From NCBI GenBank assembly GCA_963760795.1, contig CAVXEP010000031.1, forward strand, positions 1 through 64,000: DNA of 64,000 nt, given 5' to 3'. Under the pieces are notes generated by a model. The model searched no databases. It saw only the letters and a program-made list of their open reading frames with translations, and had not been told where the DNA came from. The translations under genes and the position numbers were made by a program. Below are positions 49,390 through 59,082 of this stretch, in pieces. The DNA is from an uncultured delta proteobacterium (lineage in GTDB: Bacteria > Desulfobacterota > Binatia > UBA9968). Position 1 is the first letter of the stretch; each line of letters opens with the position of its first letter.

Positions 49390-50493
49390 ATGATCGAAAT
49401 AAAGTCTCTGGTTAAAATCTACGAAGACGGCGAGCACGCGGGTGTCAAGGCCGTCAACGACATATCGTTCACGGTCGAAGAAGGGCGTTTTTATACTTTG
49501 CTCGGACCCTCGGGCTGCGGCAAGACCACCACCTTGCGCTGCATCGCCGGTTTGGAAAAGGCCAATGGCGGCGAGATCCTGGTCGCCGGCAAAAAGGTTT
49601 TTTCGGCCACCGACGGCACGTTCGTGCCCGCCTACCGTCGCCCCATCGGTATGGTTTTTCAGAGCTACGCCATCTGGCCGCATATGACGGTATTCGAAAA
49701 CGTCGCGTTTCCTCTGCGCGTGGGAAAACAGAAAGTCAGTAACGCTGACGTGCAAAAGAAGGTTCGCACCGCTCTGGAGCAGGTGGAATTGGACGGCTAC
49801 GGAGATCGCATGGCCACGCAGCTCTCCGGCGGGCAGCAGCAGCGCCTCGCGCTGGCCCGCGCCTTGGTGCGCGAGCCGCTGGTGCTGCTCTTGGACGAGC
49901 CGCTCAGTAATCTCGATGCCAAACTGCGCGAGCGCATGCGCTTTGAGCTGCGCGAGTTGCAGCGCCGCCTGCGCATCACGACCCTCTACGTAACCCATGA
50001 CCAGATCGAAGCCTTGTCGATGTCCAATGTCATCGCGGTGATGAACTCCGGCGTCATCGTCCAGGAGGGCGGGCCGCGGGATATCTATCTGCAACCAAAA
50101 ACCAAATTCGTCGCCAACTTTATCGGTTCGACCAATCAGATGACCGGCCAGGTGACCAGACTGGAAGGAAACGGCACGGCGACGGTTCGCACCGACGACG
50201 GCGAGATCTCTTGCGGCATCCTCGATGGCTTGGCTGCGGGCAGCAAGGTGGTTGTCGTGGTGCGGCCTGAGAGCATTAACCTGCACCTGCAGCAGCCAAC
50301 CAACGGTTCGAACATTATCGCGGGTAAAATCGGCGCTGCCATGTTTTTGGGTGAATACGTCGACTGCACCATCGAGCTCGGCAAGAATGTTTTGCAAACT
50401 CATCAGCGCTACACCTTGCAAGTCCGCCGCGGCGATCCGGTCTGGGTCGAGTTGCCGGCGGGTGAGTGCATGGCGCTGCCCACCGATCGGTGA
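49390..50493 (+). CDS. ABC transporter ATP-binding protein (FbpC/PotA type)
   Basis: GPSGCGKT, LSGGQQQR, LLLDEPLSNLD, VTHDQ, TOBE-like tail. Confidence 0.95.
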   Translation: MIEIKSLVKIYEDGEHAGVKAVNDISFTVEEGRFYTLLGPSGCGKTTTLRCIAGLEKANGGEILVAGKKVFSATDGTFVPAYRRPIGMVFQSYAIWPHMTVFENVAFPLRVGKQKVSNADVQKKVRTALEQVELDGYGDRMATQLSGGQQQRLALARALVREPLVLLLDEPLSNLDAKLRERMRFELRELQRRLRITTLYVTHDQIEALSMSNVIAVMNSGVIVQEGGPRDIYLQPKTKFVANFIGSTNQMTGQVTRLEGNGTATVRTDDGEISCGILDGLAAGSKVVVVVRPESINLHLQQPTNGSNIIAGKIGAAMFLGEYVDCTIELGKNVLQTHQRYTLQVRRGDPVWVELPAGECMALPTDR

Positions 50494-50609
50494 GCGTGAC
50501 TGGCAAACTTTCGAGATCTTTTGCCCTCTCTTGTACCGTTGCCCCTAAGCGTTAAATCCACTAGAAATATTCTTCGAGTCAAAGGACGACTCAGGAAGGT
50601 TGCCTATCG

Positions 50610-51602
50610 ATGCTTGCGAAATCGTTAACCGTCATCGCGCTCACGGCGTCAGTTTTTGCTGGAACAACCGCAATCCTGCCGGCGCAGGAAAAGCTCAAGG
50701 TCGTTTATAGCTCGGCGGATGCCACCAACTTCGTCTGGTACGCCGCCCAGGATGGCGGCTTCTACAGAAAACATGGACTGGAAGTCGAGCTGATCTTCGT
50801 GCCCAGTTCGACCACAGCGGTGTCGAGCATGATCGCCGGCGACATCCAGATCGGTAACAACTCCGGCGGCACCGTGGCCAGCGCGGTGGTCAGCGGCGCC
50901 AACCTGGTGCTCACCGGTTGCTATATCAACACGCTGCCCTATGAGCTGGTGGTGCATGAGTCGATCAAAACCGCCGACGATCTGCGCGGCAAAAGCGTCG
51001 GCATCAGCCGCGTCGGCAGCGCGTCGGACTCGGCGGCGCGGGTTTTGGTCAAAGGACTTGGATTGGAACCGGTAAAGGACGTGCCGATCTTGCAAGTCGG
51101 CGGCACCGCCGAGCGCGCGGCGGCGTTTCGCGGCGGACGGATCGTCGGTTTTCCGTCGCCTCCTGGCGTAATACACCTGGCTCAGGGCATGCCCCATCGT
51201 ATCCTCATCAGCACGGCGGATTTTCAGAAGCGCTACGAGTTTCCGTTCATCTGCTCATCGACAACCAAGACTTTTCTCAGCGCTAGGCGCGACACCGTGC
51301 GCCGGGTCACTATGGCGCTCATCGAAGCGACCCATTTTTTGAAAACGCGCAAAGAGGAGAGCAAAAGATTCATCGGCAAGTTTGCCCGCCAGAACAATCC
51401 GAGATATTTGGAAGATTCCTATAATGCCATGGCCAAGCTGCACGACCGCGTGCCCTTGGTCGGACGGGCCGGCGCCGAAGAGCAGCTTAAAGAGTCCCTC
51501 AGCCGCAAACCCGGCGCGACGATGAAATTTGAAGATTGGGTCGACGACAGCATTGTCCGCGACCTCGACAAGAGCGGCTTCATCGACAAGGTCTACAAGT
51601 GA
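50610..51602 (+). CDS. ABC substrate-binding protein, SsuA/NMT1 type
   Basis: Signal peptide, GFYRKHGLEV, LRGKSVGISRVGS, SGFIDKVY. Confidence 0.9.
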   Translation: MLAKSLTVIALTASVFAGTTAILPAQEKLKVVYSSADATNFVWYAAQDGGFYRKHGLEVELIFVPSSTTAVSSMIAGDIQIGNNSGGTVASAVVSGANLVLTGCYINTLPYELVVHESIKTADDLRGKSVGISRVGSASDSAARVLVKGLGLEPVKDVPILQVGGTAERAAAFRGGRIVGFPSPPGVIHLAQGMPHRILISTADFQKRYEFPFICSSTTKTFLSARRDTVRRVTMALIEATHFLKTRKEESKRFIGKFARQNNPRYLEDSYNAMAKLHDRVPLVGRAGAEEQLKESLSRKPGATMKFEDWVDDSIVRDLDKSGFIDKVYK

Positions 51603-51615
51603 TTCGCGAGAAATT

Positions 51616-51690
51616 GAGGTCAGATGCCAGAAGTCAGAAATCAGATCATCAGACGGACCTCGACTTGGTCCTCTGACCTCTGATTTCTCG
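51616..51690. repeat. Empty inverted heptamer array (GA.RTCA)
   Basis: gaggtca gatgcca gaagtca gaaatca ga ... tctgacctctgatttct. Confidence 0.75.
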
Positions 51691-51708
51691 ACCATCTGGT
51701 GAATCAAC

Positions 51709-52299
51709 ATGATCGTCGCTGTAGTCCTTTCCGCCGGCGAATCGAGCCGCATGGGCCGCGCCAAAGCGTTGTTGCCGATCGACGGGCAGACATTTATCGA
51801 GCGGATCGTCGGCGCGCTCAAGCAGGGCGGCATTGAGCGCATCGTCGTGGTTCTGGGTTTTGAGGCCGAAGAGCTGGGGCGGCAAATCGCCCATCTGCCG
51901 GTGGAGATACTCGTCAATCCCGACTATCGACTTGGACAGCTATCATCGCTTCAGGTTGCCCTGCGCCATTTAGAATCGGACAAGAGTTGCGCCGGTATGA
52001 TGGTTCATTTGGTCGATCATCCTTACATCGATCCTAAGCTCGTGCGCCTCATGCTCCAGCGCTTTGACGAGTCGACGCACTCGATCGTTGTCCCGCGCCA
52101 CCACGGCAAACGCGGCCACCCGGTGATTTTCTCGCGCAAGTTGTTCGATGAATTGCTGAGGGCGCCCATGGACCAGGGCGCCAAGGCGGTGGTCAATGCC
52201 CACCGCGACGACACCTTGGAGATTGACACGGAGGATGCCGGCATCACCCTCGATATCGATACGCCGGAGCTTTACCGGCAACATGTGAAAGGTGAGTAA
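51709..52299 (+). CDS. mocA: Molybdenum cofactor cytidylyltransferase-like nucleotidyltransferase
   Basis: LSAGESSRMG..K, NPDY..G..SS, DHP, GHPVIF, DIDTP. Confidence 0.8.
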   Translation: MIVAVVLSAGESSRMGRAKALLPIDGQTFIERIVGALKQGGIERIVVVLGFEAEELGRQIAHLPVEILVNPDYRLGQLSSLQVALRHLESDKSCAGMMVHLVDHPYIDPKLVRLMLQRFDESTHSIVVPRHHGKRGHPVIFSRKLFDELLRAPMDQGAKAVVNAHRDDTLEIDTEDAGITLDIDTPELYRQHVKGE

Positions 52300-53271
52300 A
52301 TGGCAAAACTGAAATTGACCCTGGCTTGTGGCGACTACGATTTTCTCCGTCCGCTCATCAACGGCGAGATTCAGCCACAGGGGATCGAGCTGAATGTGCT
52401 GACCATGGCTTCGCCGGAGCGCCATGGCCGCATGTTGAAACATGAAGAGTTCGATGTCTGTGAGCTATCGTTGGTGGGCTATCTGGTGTCCCGCGACAAG
52501 GGTTGCGGCTACAACGCCATCCCAGTGTTCCCACACCGCCGCTTCCGCCATCAGTACATGGTCAAGCGCACCGGTTGCGGCATCGAGAAACCATCTGACC
52601 TAAACGGTAAAAGAATTGCGCTCGATACTTTGCAAAATTCCGCCGGACTGTGGATGCGCGGTATCTTGCAGGATCATTACAACGTCGATTTGAAGACCAT
52701 CGAGTGGTGGTGCCAGGAGGCGGAAGACATTCCGTTCGAACCGGCCGCCTGGATGAACGTCAAGCGCGTGCCCCAAGGCAAAAACATCGACCAGATGCTT
52801 ATCGACGGCGAGCTCGAAGCGTCGCTCTATCCCGAAACCCTGCCGTCGATGCGCGCCGGCAATGCGAAAGTTGCGCTGCTTTTCCCCGACCCGAAGAAAG
52901 CCGAGATCGAGTATTATCAAAACGGCGGCCACTTCCCGATCATGCACACGGTGGTGGTGAAGAATCATATTCTCCAAAAACATCCCTGGGTCGGCATCAG
53001 CCTGGTGCAAGCCTTCGAGCGCGCCAAGCAGATCTGCTACAGCCGCAACAGCGACCCGCGCAGTTTCGCCCTGGTCTGGGTGCAAGATCTCATGCGCGAG
53101 CAAAAGGAGATCTTCGGCGCCGACCCCTGGCCGTACAATCTGGACGACAACCGCAAGGCGTTGGAAGCGGTGATCCGCTACGAGTTCGAGCAGGGTATGA
53201 TTAAGAAGAATGCGCAGGTCGAGGAATTGTTTTTTGCGCCGAGTTTGGAGCGGATCCAGCATTACGTGTGA
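52300..53271 (+). CDS. 4,5-dihydroxyphthalate decarboxylase-like protein
   Basis: LTLACGDYD, FDVCELSL, IPVFP.RRFRH, FPIMHTVV, DPWPY. Confidence 0.8.
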   Translation: MAKLKLTLACGDYDFLRPLINGEIQPQGIELNVLTMASPERHGRMLKHEEFDVCELSLVGYLVSRDKGCGYNAIPVFPHRRFRHQYMVKRTGCGIEKPSDLNGKRIALDTLQNSAGLWMRGILQDHYNVDLKTIEWWCQEAEDIPFEPAAWMNVKRVPQGKNIDQMLIDGELEASLYPETLPSMRAGNAKVALLFPDPKKAEIEYYQNGGHFPIMHTVVVKNHILQKHPWVGISLVQAFERAKQICYSRNSDPRSFALVWVQDLMREQKEIFGADPWPYNLDDNRKALEAVIRYEFEQGMIKKNAQVEELFFAPSLERIQHYV

Positions 53272-53295
53272 CCGCTTCGCGGTTTTTTTCGGGAG

Positions 53296-53334
53296 GTTCA
53301 AAACGTTCCAATCGTTCAAGCCGTTCCAAACGTT
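53296..53334. repeat. Nonamer GTTC(A/C)ANNC tandem array
   Basis: gttcaaaac gttccaatc gttcaagcc gttccaaac gtt. Confidence 0.8.
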
Positions 53335-53511
53335 TTCGGACTTTCCTAGTCAGACGCACAGTCGCTGCGTGTCGGTCTTAGCTCTTGCCAGATCCTTGTT
53401 AGTTGTTGGGCGGCGTGCTAGAAATCCGTCAAATTGAATATTTGGCCGCTCGCGGGCCGAGCAACGCGACGATCTGTTTTGACAATTTAAAACAATAAGG
53501 GGAGTTTGATT

Positions 53512-54018
53512 ATGGCGATTAAAGTCGGCGATCATTTACCGGGTGGGACGCTTAATGAATTCATCGAAGTTGAGCGCGAGGGTTGCAGCATCGGCCCTAA
53601 CACCTTCAAGGTGGAGGATTTGGCCAAAGGAAAGAAGATCGTTATTTTCGGCTTACCCGGCGCTTTCACACCGACTTGTTCCGCCAAGCATGTGCCCAGT
53701 TATGTCGCCAATTTCGCTGCCTTGAAGGCCAAGGGCGTGGACGAGATCTGGTGCTTGTCGGTCAACGACGCCTTCGTCATGGGAGCATGGGGCAGAGATC
53801 AGCAGACCGCCGGCAAGGTCCGGATGATGGCCGATGGCAGCGCCGAATACGTCAAAAAACTCGGCCTCGAAAATGACATGACGGCGCGTGGCATGGGCGT
53901 TCGCTCCCAGCGTTTTTCCTTGCTGGCGGATGACGGCGTAGTGAAGTCGCTGAATATCGAGGGCCCCGGCAAATTCGAGGTCAGCGACGCCGGCACAATG
54001 TTAAAAGTTTTGGCTTAA
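53512..54018 (+). CDS. Peroxiredoxin, Prx5/type II
   Basis: PGAFTPTCS, SVNDAFVM.AW, RSQR. Confidence 0.94.
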   Translation: MAIKVGDHLPGGTLNEFIEVEREGCSIGPNTFKVEDLAKGKKIVIFGLPGAFTPTCSAKHVPSYVANFAALKAKGVDEIWCLSVNDAFVMGAWGRDQQTAGKVRMMADGSAEYVKKLGLENDMTARGMGVRSQRFSLLADDGVVKSLNIEGPGKFEVSDAGTMLKVLA

Positions 54019-54142
54019 GCGCGCACCTAACGCTCGACCGCGGAGCGGCCCATCCGTTTCAGGAGTTCGACATCAGTACTCGATCATTTCTCGGTAGATC
54101 AAAACGTTCAAAATGTTTTCGGATGTGCGAGGTTTTGGCTTC

Positions 54143-54227
54143 CGTCATACCGGCGCTGGCTAGTATCGAGTATTTTCCGCGGCCAGAATTGAGCGCAAGC
54201 CTGGATGCCGGCCTACGCCGGCATGAC
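54143..54227. repeat. REP-like palindrome pair (GTCATGCCGG class)
   Basis: ctggatgccggcctacgccggcatgac at 54201-54227 and a degenerate inverted copy at 54143; 26/27 identical to 61328-61354. Confidence 0.8.
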
Positions 54228-54252
54228 AAGTGGTCGGTGTCTACAGTGCCCT

Positions 54253-55452
54253 TTAAGTGATCGGCCTTGCTTTTTCAACGGTGCCAATTGGCGTGGGAAA
54301 CACAAATTCCTCGTCGCTCGCATTGTCCAACCCATAGCGGACTAATTCGTTAACATCCAACTTCGCCTCGTCCGCCGTCACTTCATCCAATCTTGCCTTG
54401 GTCGCGGGATGTTTGGGGACGAACAGCTGGCAGCAGTCCTGGTCGGGGACTGACGAAATATCGAAGGTACCGATGCGGCGCGACTGGTCGACGATCTCTT
54501 GCTTATCCATGCCCACCAACGGGCGCAGGATCGGCATGGCTATCGCTTGTTGAATCACCGTCATGTTTTCTAACGTCTGCGATGCCACTTGGCCTAAGCT
54601 CTCGCCGGTGATGAGCGCTTTGGTTTTTTCTTTTCTGGCGATTTTCTCAGCGATGCGCAGCATCATGCGCCGGTACAGCACCACGCGCAGCGGACGCGCG
54701 ACCGCGGCGACGATCTGCCGTTGAATCTCGCCGAAGGGAACCATATAGAGCCGCGATTGAAACTGATGGCGCGTCAACAGCGTGACCAGGTCGCGCACTT
54801 TGTCCTGGGAAGTCCTGTCCTGGTAAGGCGCGCTGTGAAAGTGCACGAAGATCACCCGGCAGCCGCGCTGCATCATGCGGTACGCTGCCACCGGCGAGTC
54901 GAATCCGCCGGAGATCAGTGACATCAGCCTTCCGCTGGCGCCCACCGGCAGGCCGCCGGGGCCGAGCAGTTTGTTGAAACCGAAGAACGCATCCTTGGGC
55001 AAGACTTCGACGAAAACGGTGAACTCGGGGTTAGTCAGGTCGACTCGCGCGCCGGATTTCTCTTGCACCGCCGCGCCTAATTGGCGATTGATCTCCACGG
55101 AGTTTAGCGCAAAATTTTTGTCGCCACGCTGGGTGTCGATACGGAAGCTGGTGAATTGGCTGCCATTAATCCCGGTGAGGATTTGCCTGCGCAATTCGTC
55201 GATATCGCGCTCGGTGCGCCGGACTAAAGAGAAATTGGCAATACCGAACACACTGGAAATCCGTTTGATGATAATTTCGGGCGCGATTTCGTTCCTGAAG
55301 TTCAAAAGCAAGCGGGCATGGAGACTGCGGATTTCCTTGGCGCCCAAGTCTTTGACCGAGGCGAGGATGTTGCGCTTGAGCATCTCGGTGAAGTAAGCCC
55401 GGTTGCCCTTTTTGAGGGCGATTTCGTGATAGCGGATCAGAACGGAATCCAT
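54253..55452 (-). CDS. thiI: tRNA 4-thiouridine(8) synthase ThiI, short form without rhodanese domain
   Basis: RYHEIALKKGNR, THUMP domain, GGLPVG, SGGFDS, GESLGQVASQT, DCC. Confidence 0.96.
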   Translation of the reverse strand: MDSVLIRYHEIALKKGNRAYFTEMLKRNILASVKDLGAKEIRSLHARLLLNFRNEIAPEIIIKRISSVFGIANFSLVRRTERDIDELRRQILTGINGSQFTSFRIDTQRGDKNFALNSVEINRQLGAAVQEKSGARVDLTNPEFTVFVEVLPKDAFFGFNKLLGPGGLPVGASGRLMSLISGGFDSPVAAYRMMQRGCRVIFVHFHSAPYQDRTSQDKVRDLVTLLTRHQFQSRLYMVPFGEIQRQIVAAVARPLRVVLYRRMMLRIAEKIARKEKTKALITGESLGQVASQTLENMTVIQQAIAMPILRPLVGMDKQEIVDQSRRIGTFDISSVPDQDCCQLFVPKHPATKARLDEVTADEAKLDVNELVRYGLDNASDEEFVFPTPIGTVEKARPIT

Positions 55453-55537
55453 GCACGAGAACTAACAGATTCAAGCGGCTTTTGCATGCAACCGGCGCTA
55501 TGGTAGTATCCCCGACAACAATCAAGAGGAGTGAGCG

Positions 55538-55864
55538 ATGAGCAACTTCAAGAAGCTAGCCGATGCCATGAGTTTTTCAGCGGAGAAGATGAAAAAGAAT
55601 GGCGTCTTCGAGACCGAGCGATTCTTCTGCGACACCTACTGTTTCGAGCCAGGCCAAGAGCAGAAAGCGCACAGCCACACCCATGAAGACAAGATCTACT
55701 ACGTCCTCGAAGGGCGCGGATCCTTCACCGTCGGTGCTGAAGAACGAGAGTTGGGAGCAGGGGAGATCGCCTTGGCGCCCGCCGGCCAGAGCCACGGTGT
55801 CGCCAATCGCAGCCAGGCGCGCCTGGTGACCCTGGTCTTCGTGACGCCCAAACCGCACCATTAA
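55538..55864 (+). CDS. Cupin domain protein
   Basis: HSH...K.YYVLEG.G, PAG..HGV.N. Confidence 0.85.
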   Translation: MSNFKKLADAMSFSAEKMKKNGVFETERFFCDTYCFEPGQEQKAHSHTHEDKIYYVLEGRGSFTVGAEERELGAGEIALAPAGQSHGVANRSQARLVTLVFVTPKPHH

Positions 55865-55890
55865 ATTCTAGCGAAACGAACCAAGAACTG

Positions 55891-56059
55891 GAAATTCGAA
55901 GCTCAAATCCGAGACTCGAAACAAATTCAAATGATGAAAACCTAAACATCTACAAATGCTCCAAACGGTAAGGATCTCATTTACTGTTTTGGATTTTCTG
56001 ATTGTGAATTTACTTTGGTTGCGGTTTGTTTCGGATTTAGATATTCGAAATTCGGATTT
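55891..56059. repeat. Empty inverted repeat cassette (AAATTCG/CGAAAC class)
   Basis: gaaattcgaagctcaaatccgagactcgaaacaaa ... tttgtttcggatttagatattcgaaattcggattt. Confidence 0.7.
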
Positions 56060-56086
56060 GCCTAAGTTAACCAAACACAAGAAACT

Positions 56087-56509
56087 ATGACACCTGAACA
56101 AGAAGCGGTGGCGCAAGCCAACCAGAGTTTTTATCGCGCCTTCGAAACTCTCAAGATCGAAGCCATGGAAGCAGTGTGGTCAAAAGACGCCGACATTCAA
56201 TGCGGTCATCCAGGCTGGCGCATTCTGCGCGGCTGGGGCCCGGTGATGGAGAGCTGGAAAAGGATTTTTGAAAATACCCCGGCAGTGCAGTTCACTTTGA
56301 CCGACGTGAAGATCGAAGTGCGCGGCGGGCTCGCCTGGGTGACGCTCTATGAAAACTTGAACAGTTCGATCGAAGGTCAGACTTTCTCCGCCGCCATTCT
56401 GACAATCAACATGTTTCAAAAGAGCGCGGACGGCTGGCACATGATCCTGCATCACGGCTCGTCAGTGTCGCAGCCGCCGGATCAGGACGAGAGTAATACG
56501 GTTCACTAG
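56087..56509 (+). CDS. SnoaL/NTF2-like protein
   Basis: ANQSFYRAFE, HPGW..L.G, W.MILHHGS. Confidence 0.85.
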   Translation: MTPEQEAVAQANQSFYRAFETLKIEAMEAVWSKDADIQCGHPGWRILRGWGPVMESWKRIFENTPAVQFTLTDVKIEVRGGLAWVTLYENLNSSIEGQTFSAAILTINMFQKSADGWHMILHHGSSVSQPPDQDESNTVH

Positions 56510-56543
56510 AGTTCTCCGTCAGATTCGCCTTAGGCAATTAAAT

Positions 56544-56720
56544 ATGAAAGCTTGGGTCCGACGCACTGCGGGGATTCTCTTCATATTGGCGCTTTTGGTT
56601 GTATTCATGTTCTCGTATCCAAGTCTCTATGACCTGCTCGGCAAGGTCGCGACAATTTCATTGTGGTTCGTGCTGATCTTCGCATGCGAAATGTTTTGGA
56701 ATTATCTCATCGATGAATAG
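56544..56720 (+). CDS. Small two-TM membrane protein (58 aa, below the ORF-track cutoff)
   Basis: MKAWVRRTAGILFILALLVVFMFSYPSLYDLLGKVATISLWFVLIFACEMFWNYLIDE; fills the gap between co-oriented genes. Confidence 0.55.
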   Translation: MKAWVRRTAGILFILALLVVFMFSYPSLYDLLGKVATISLWFVLIFACEMFWNYLIDE

Positions 56721-56737
56721 ATACGAGGCGAATCGAG

Positions 56738-57461
56738 TTGACATCCAAGCCTCTCGATAAAAAAGTTGCAGTTGTCACCGGTGCGGGCCGGGGCATTGGC
56801 CGCGCCATCGCCATCGCCCTGGGCAAAGCCGGCTGTACGGTCTACCTAACGGCGCGTACGGCGCCGGAACTGATTTCTGTACAGCAAGAGATCCTTGCGG
56901 CAAAAGGCCAAGCTCGAATCATCCAAGCCGACCTCACCCGCGACGATGATCTGCACTCGTTGGTTCAGGCCTGCGGCTCGGTAGATTTTCTCGTCAACAA
57001 TGCCGGCTGGGGCAAGCGCGCGTCGGTGCGTGCGCTCGCGCATCGACGACTGGGATCAAACATTCCGCGTCAATCTGCGCGCGCCGATGATCCTCGCCAA
57101 AGAGTTTTTGCCGGCGATGATCAAGAAAGGCGAGGGCGCGGTCGTCAATATCGGCTCGGTGTCGGGCAAAAGCGGCGAAGCCAATAGCGCCGCCTACTCA
57201 GCCTCGAAGTTCGGCCTGATCGGTTTTACCCAATCGCTCTTCGAAGAAGTCCGAGAGCATGGCATCAAAGTCGCGGTGATTTTGCCGGGTTTCGTCGACA
57301 CACCGATGATTCCGCCGGTGAAACATCTGGACCGCAGCAAGATGATTCAAGCCGACGACATCGCTCAAGCAGTGCTCTATGTGCTCAACGCGCCAGCGAC
57401 GGCTTGTCCCGTCGAGATTACAATTCGACCGCAGCGCACGCCTGGAGGTAACTCTAATTAG
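56738..57461 (+). CDS. SDR family oxidoreductase, +1 frameshift near 57028
   Basis: TGAGRGIG and NNAG in one frame; YSASK in the next. Confidence 0.88.
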
Positions 57462-57509
57462 CCGGCGGATTGGTTAGTTAATTGAATCGAACGAAGCGTC
57501 TTACAGTTC

Positions 57510-57643
57510 AATCCTGAGGTCGGGACTAGGATGTCGGCTCGCCACAACTCCTGAACAATTCTTTAATCTAGAGGCGCAGATTAAACTGTTTTTTTATCAG
57601 TTATCTCTCCTGCTACCGAGCCGCTCGGACTCCCCTCAGGATT
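57510..57643. other. Nested inverted repeats forming a rod-like structure (candidate ncRNA or MITE)
   Basis: AATCCTGAGG/CCTCAGGATT, CGGCTCG/CGAGCCG, CTGA/TCAG and TTTAATCT/AGATTAAA nested in order. Confidence 0.5.
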
Positions 57644-57712
57644 TGACAGCAAAAACCATAAACTGTAACCCTATAGGAAAGAAATTCTAAAGTTGTTTGT
57701 GGAGGAGATCCG

Positions 57713-58778
57713 ATGTCCATGATCGATGCCGATACTCATGTCGACGAGTGCGAAGAAACCTGGAAAAAGTTAGAGGGGACGCAATACGCCAAGTACATTC
57801 CGGTGACGACGACGATGCCGCCGGACGAGGCTACACGGGCCGGCTACAATCCGACCAACAGCCGCTGTTGGGTGGTCGAAGGGAGGCTGCAAAATCGGGC
57901 GATCCGCGATGATATCAACCATCCTCCCCGGGTATTTCGCGAGCTTCAGGACGTGGCGGGCCGGGTCGCGCACATGGACAAGATGGGCGTCGCCGTGCAG
58001 GTGATCTTCCCGACGTTTTTCATCCGTTACAATACCAGCAACGCCGAGGCGGAATTGGCGTTGACCACGACCTACAACCGTTGGATTGCCGAGAAATGCG
58101 CGGCGACCAATGGGCGGCTGCGCTGGGCGGCGGTGCTGCCGTTCCTTAGTCCCGACAAAGCCGTTGCCGAGGTGCGTTGGGCGAAAGAGCATGGCGCCTG
58201 CGGCATTTTCAAGCGCGGCTTCGACCTTGACCGGTATGTGACCGATCCGCACTTCTTTCCAGTTTATGAGGAGGCCAGCGCCCTCGACCTGCCGCTGTGC
58301 ATTCACACCGGCCATCCGCTCCCGGGCCATGAATGGGACCGCGGCTTTCCGATCATGTATTCCTGTTACGCCGTGGTCAGTTCCGGGGTCGCCAAGAAGT
58401 TTCCCAAACTAAGATTTGGTTTCATCGAGTCGGGAGCGTCCTGGATTCCCTATACCATCTCCCAGTTGGGCGCGGTGAAACGCCAATCGCTGCGCGGTCA
58501 AGGGGACGCGCTTGCCCAATCTTTATGAATTGGAACCCGAGATGTTCCGCGCCAACCGGTTGTTCGTCACCATCGACCCGATCGACGACATCGAGTCGAT
58601 TCTCAAGTTCGGCACGGAGGACAACCTGATGATCGGCACCGACTATAGCCACACCGACATCTCCGCCAACCTGAGCGCTTTGGACGAGGTGCGCGGCTGG
58701 GTCGACGAAGGCCGGATCAACAGCACCCAGGCGCACAAGATTCTCGAGAGCAACTCCAAGGAGTTCTACCGGCTGTAA
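57713..58778 (+). CDS. Amidohydrolase family 2 protein, +1 frameshift near 58505
   Basis: DADTH, CIH, FIESGASW; GTDYSH in the next frame; GGAGG RBS. Confidence 0.88.
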
Positions 58779-58803
58779 AGAATTCGGACTCCGAATCGGA
58801 TTG

Positions 58804-59011
58804 TTAGCCGCAAAGAACGCAAAGGGCACAAAAAAGAATTCGGAATATCTCCCGCAAAGGCGCCCAGGCCGCAAAGTTCAGAGCAGAAAGGGAAACCTAT
58901 CCTCTCGAACCTTTATCATTCTCCTCCGAACTTGGCGTCTTTGCGCCTTGGCGGGAGAAAGATCGTAATCCAACGGTTCGACGTAGGCGCGGGTTTGAAT
59001 CCCACCCATAC
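58804..59011. repeat. Composite repeat region: CGCAAAG-type units, an inverted pair and a REP-like palindrome
   Basis: ttagccgcaaagaacgcaaag; tctcccgcaaaggcgc...gcgccttggcgggaga; gtaggcgcgggtttgaatcccacccatac. Confidence 0.75.
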
Positions 59012-59082
59012 TTTTTTGTTGAACAACTTCCTAAAGAATTCCATGTTTGCGCCGATGGATGCTTAAAGGCATATCTGCGCGC

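Noticed and set aside
54253-55452. ThiI lacking the rhodanese domain as a novelty
   Set aside because: The short form is common outside gammaproteobacteria.
58526-58528. Second Sec codon at the amidohydrolase TGA
   Set aside because: Homology continues in a different frame, so this is a frameshift and not readthrough.
58983-59011. tRNA fragment suggested by ggtttgaatccc
   Set aside because: No cloverleaf or acceptor stem; fits a REP-like palindrome better.
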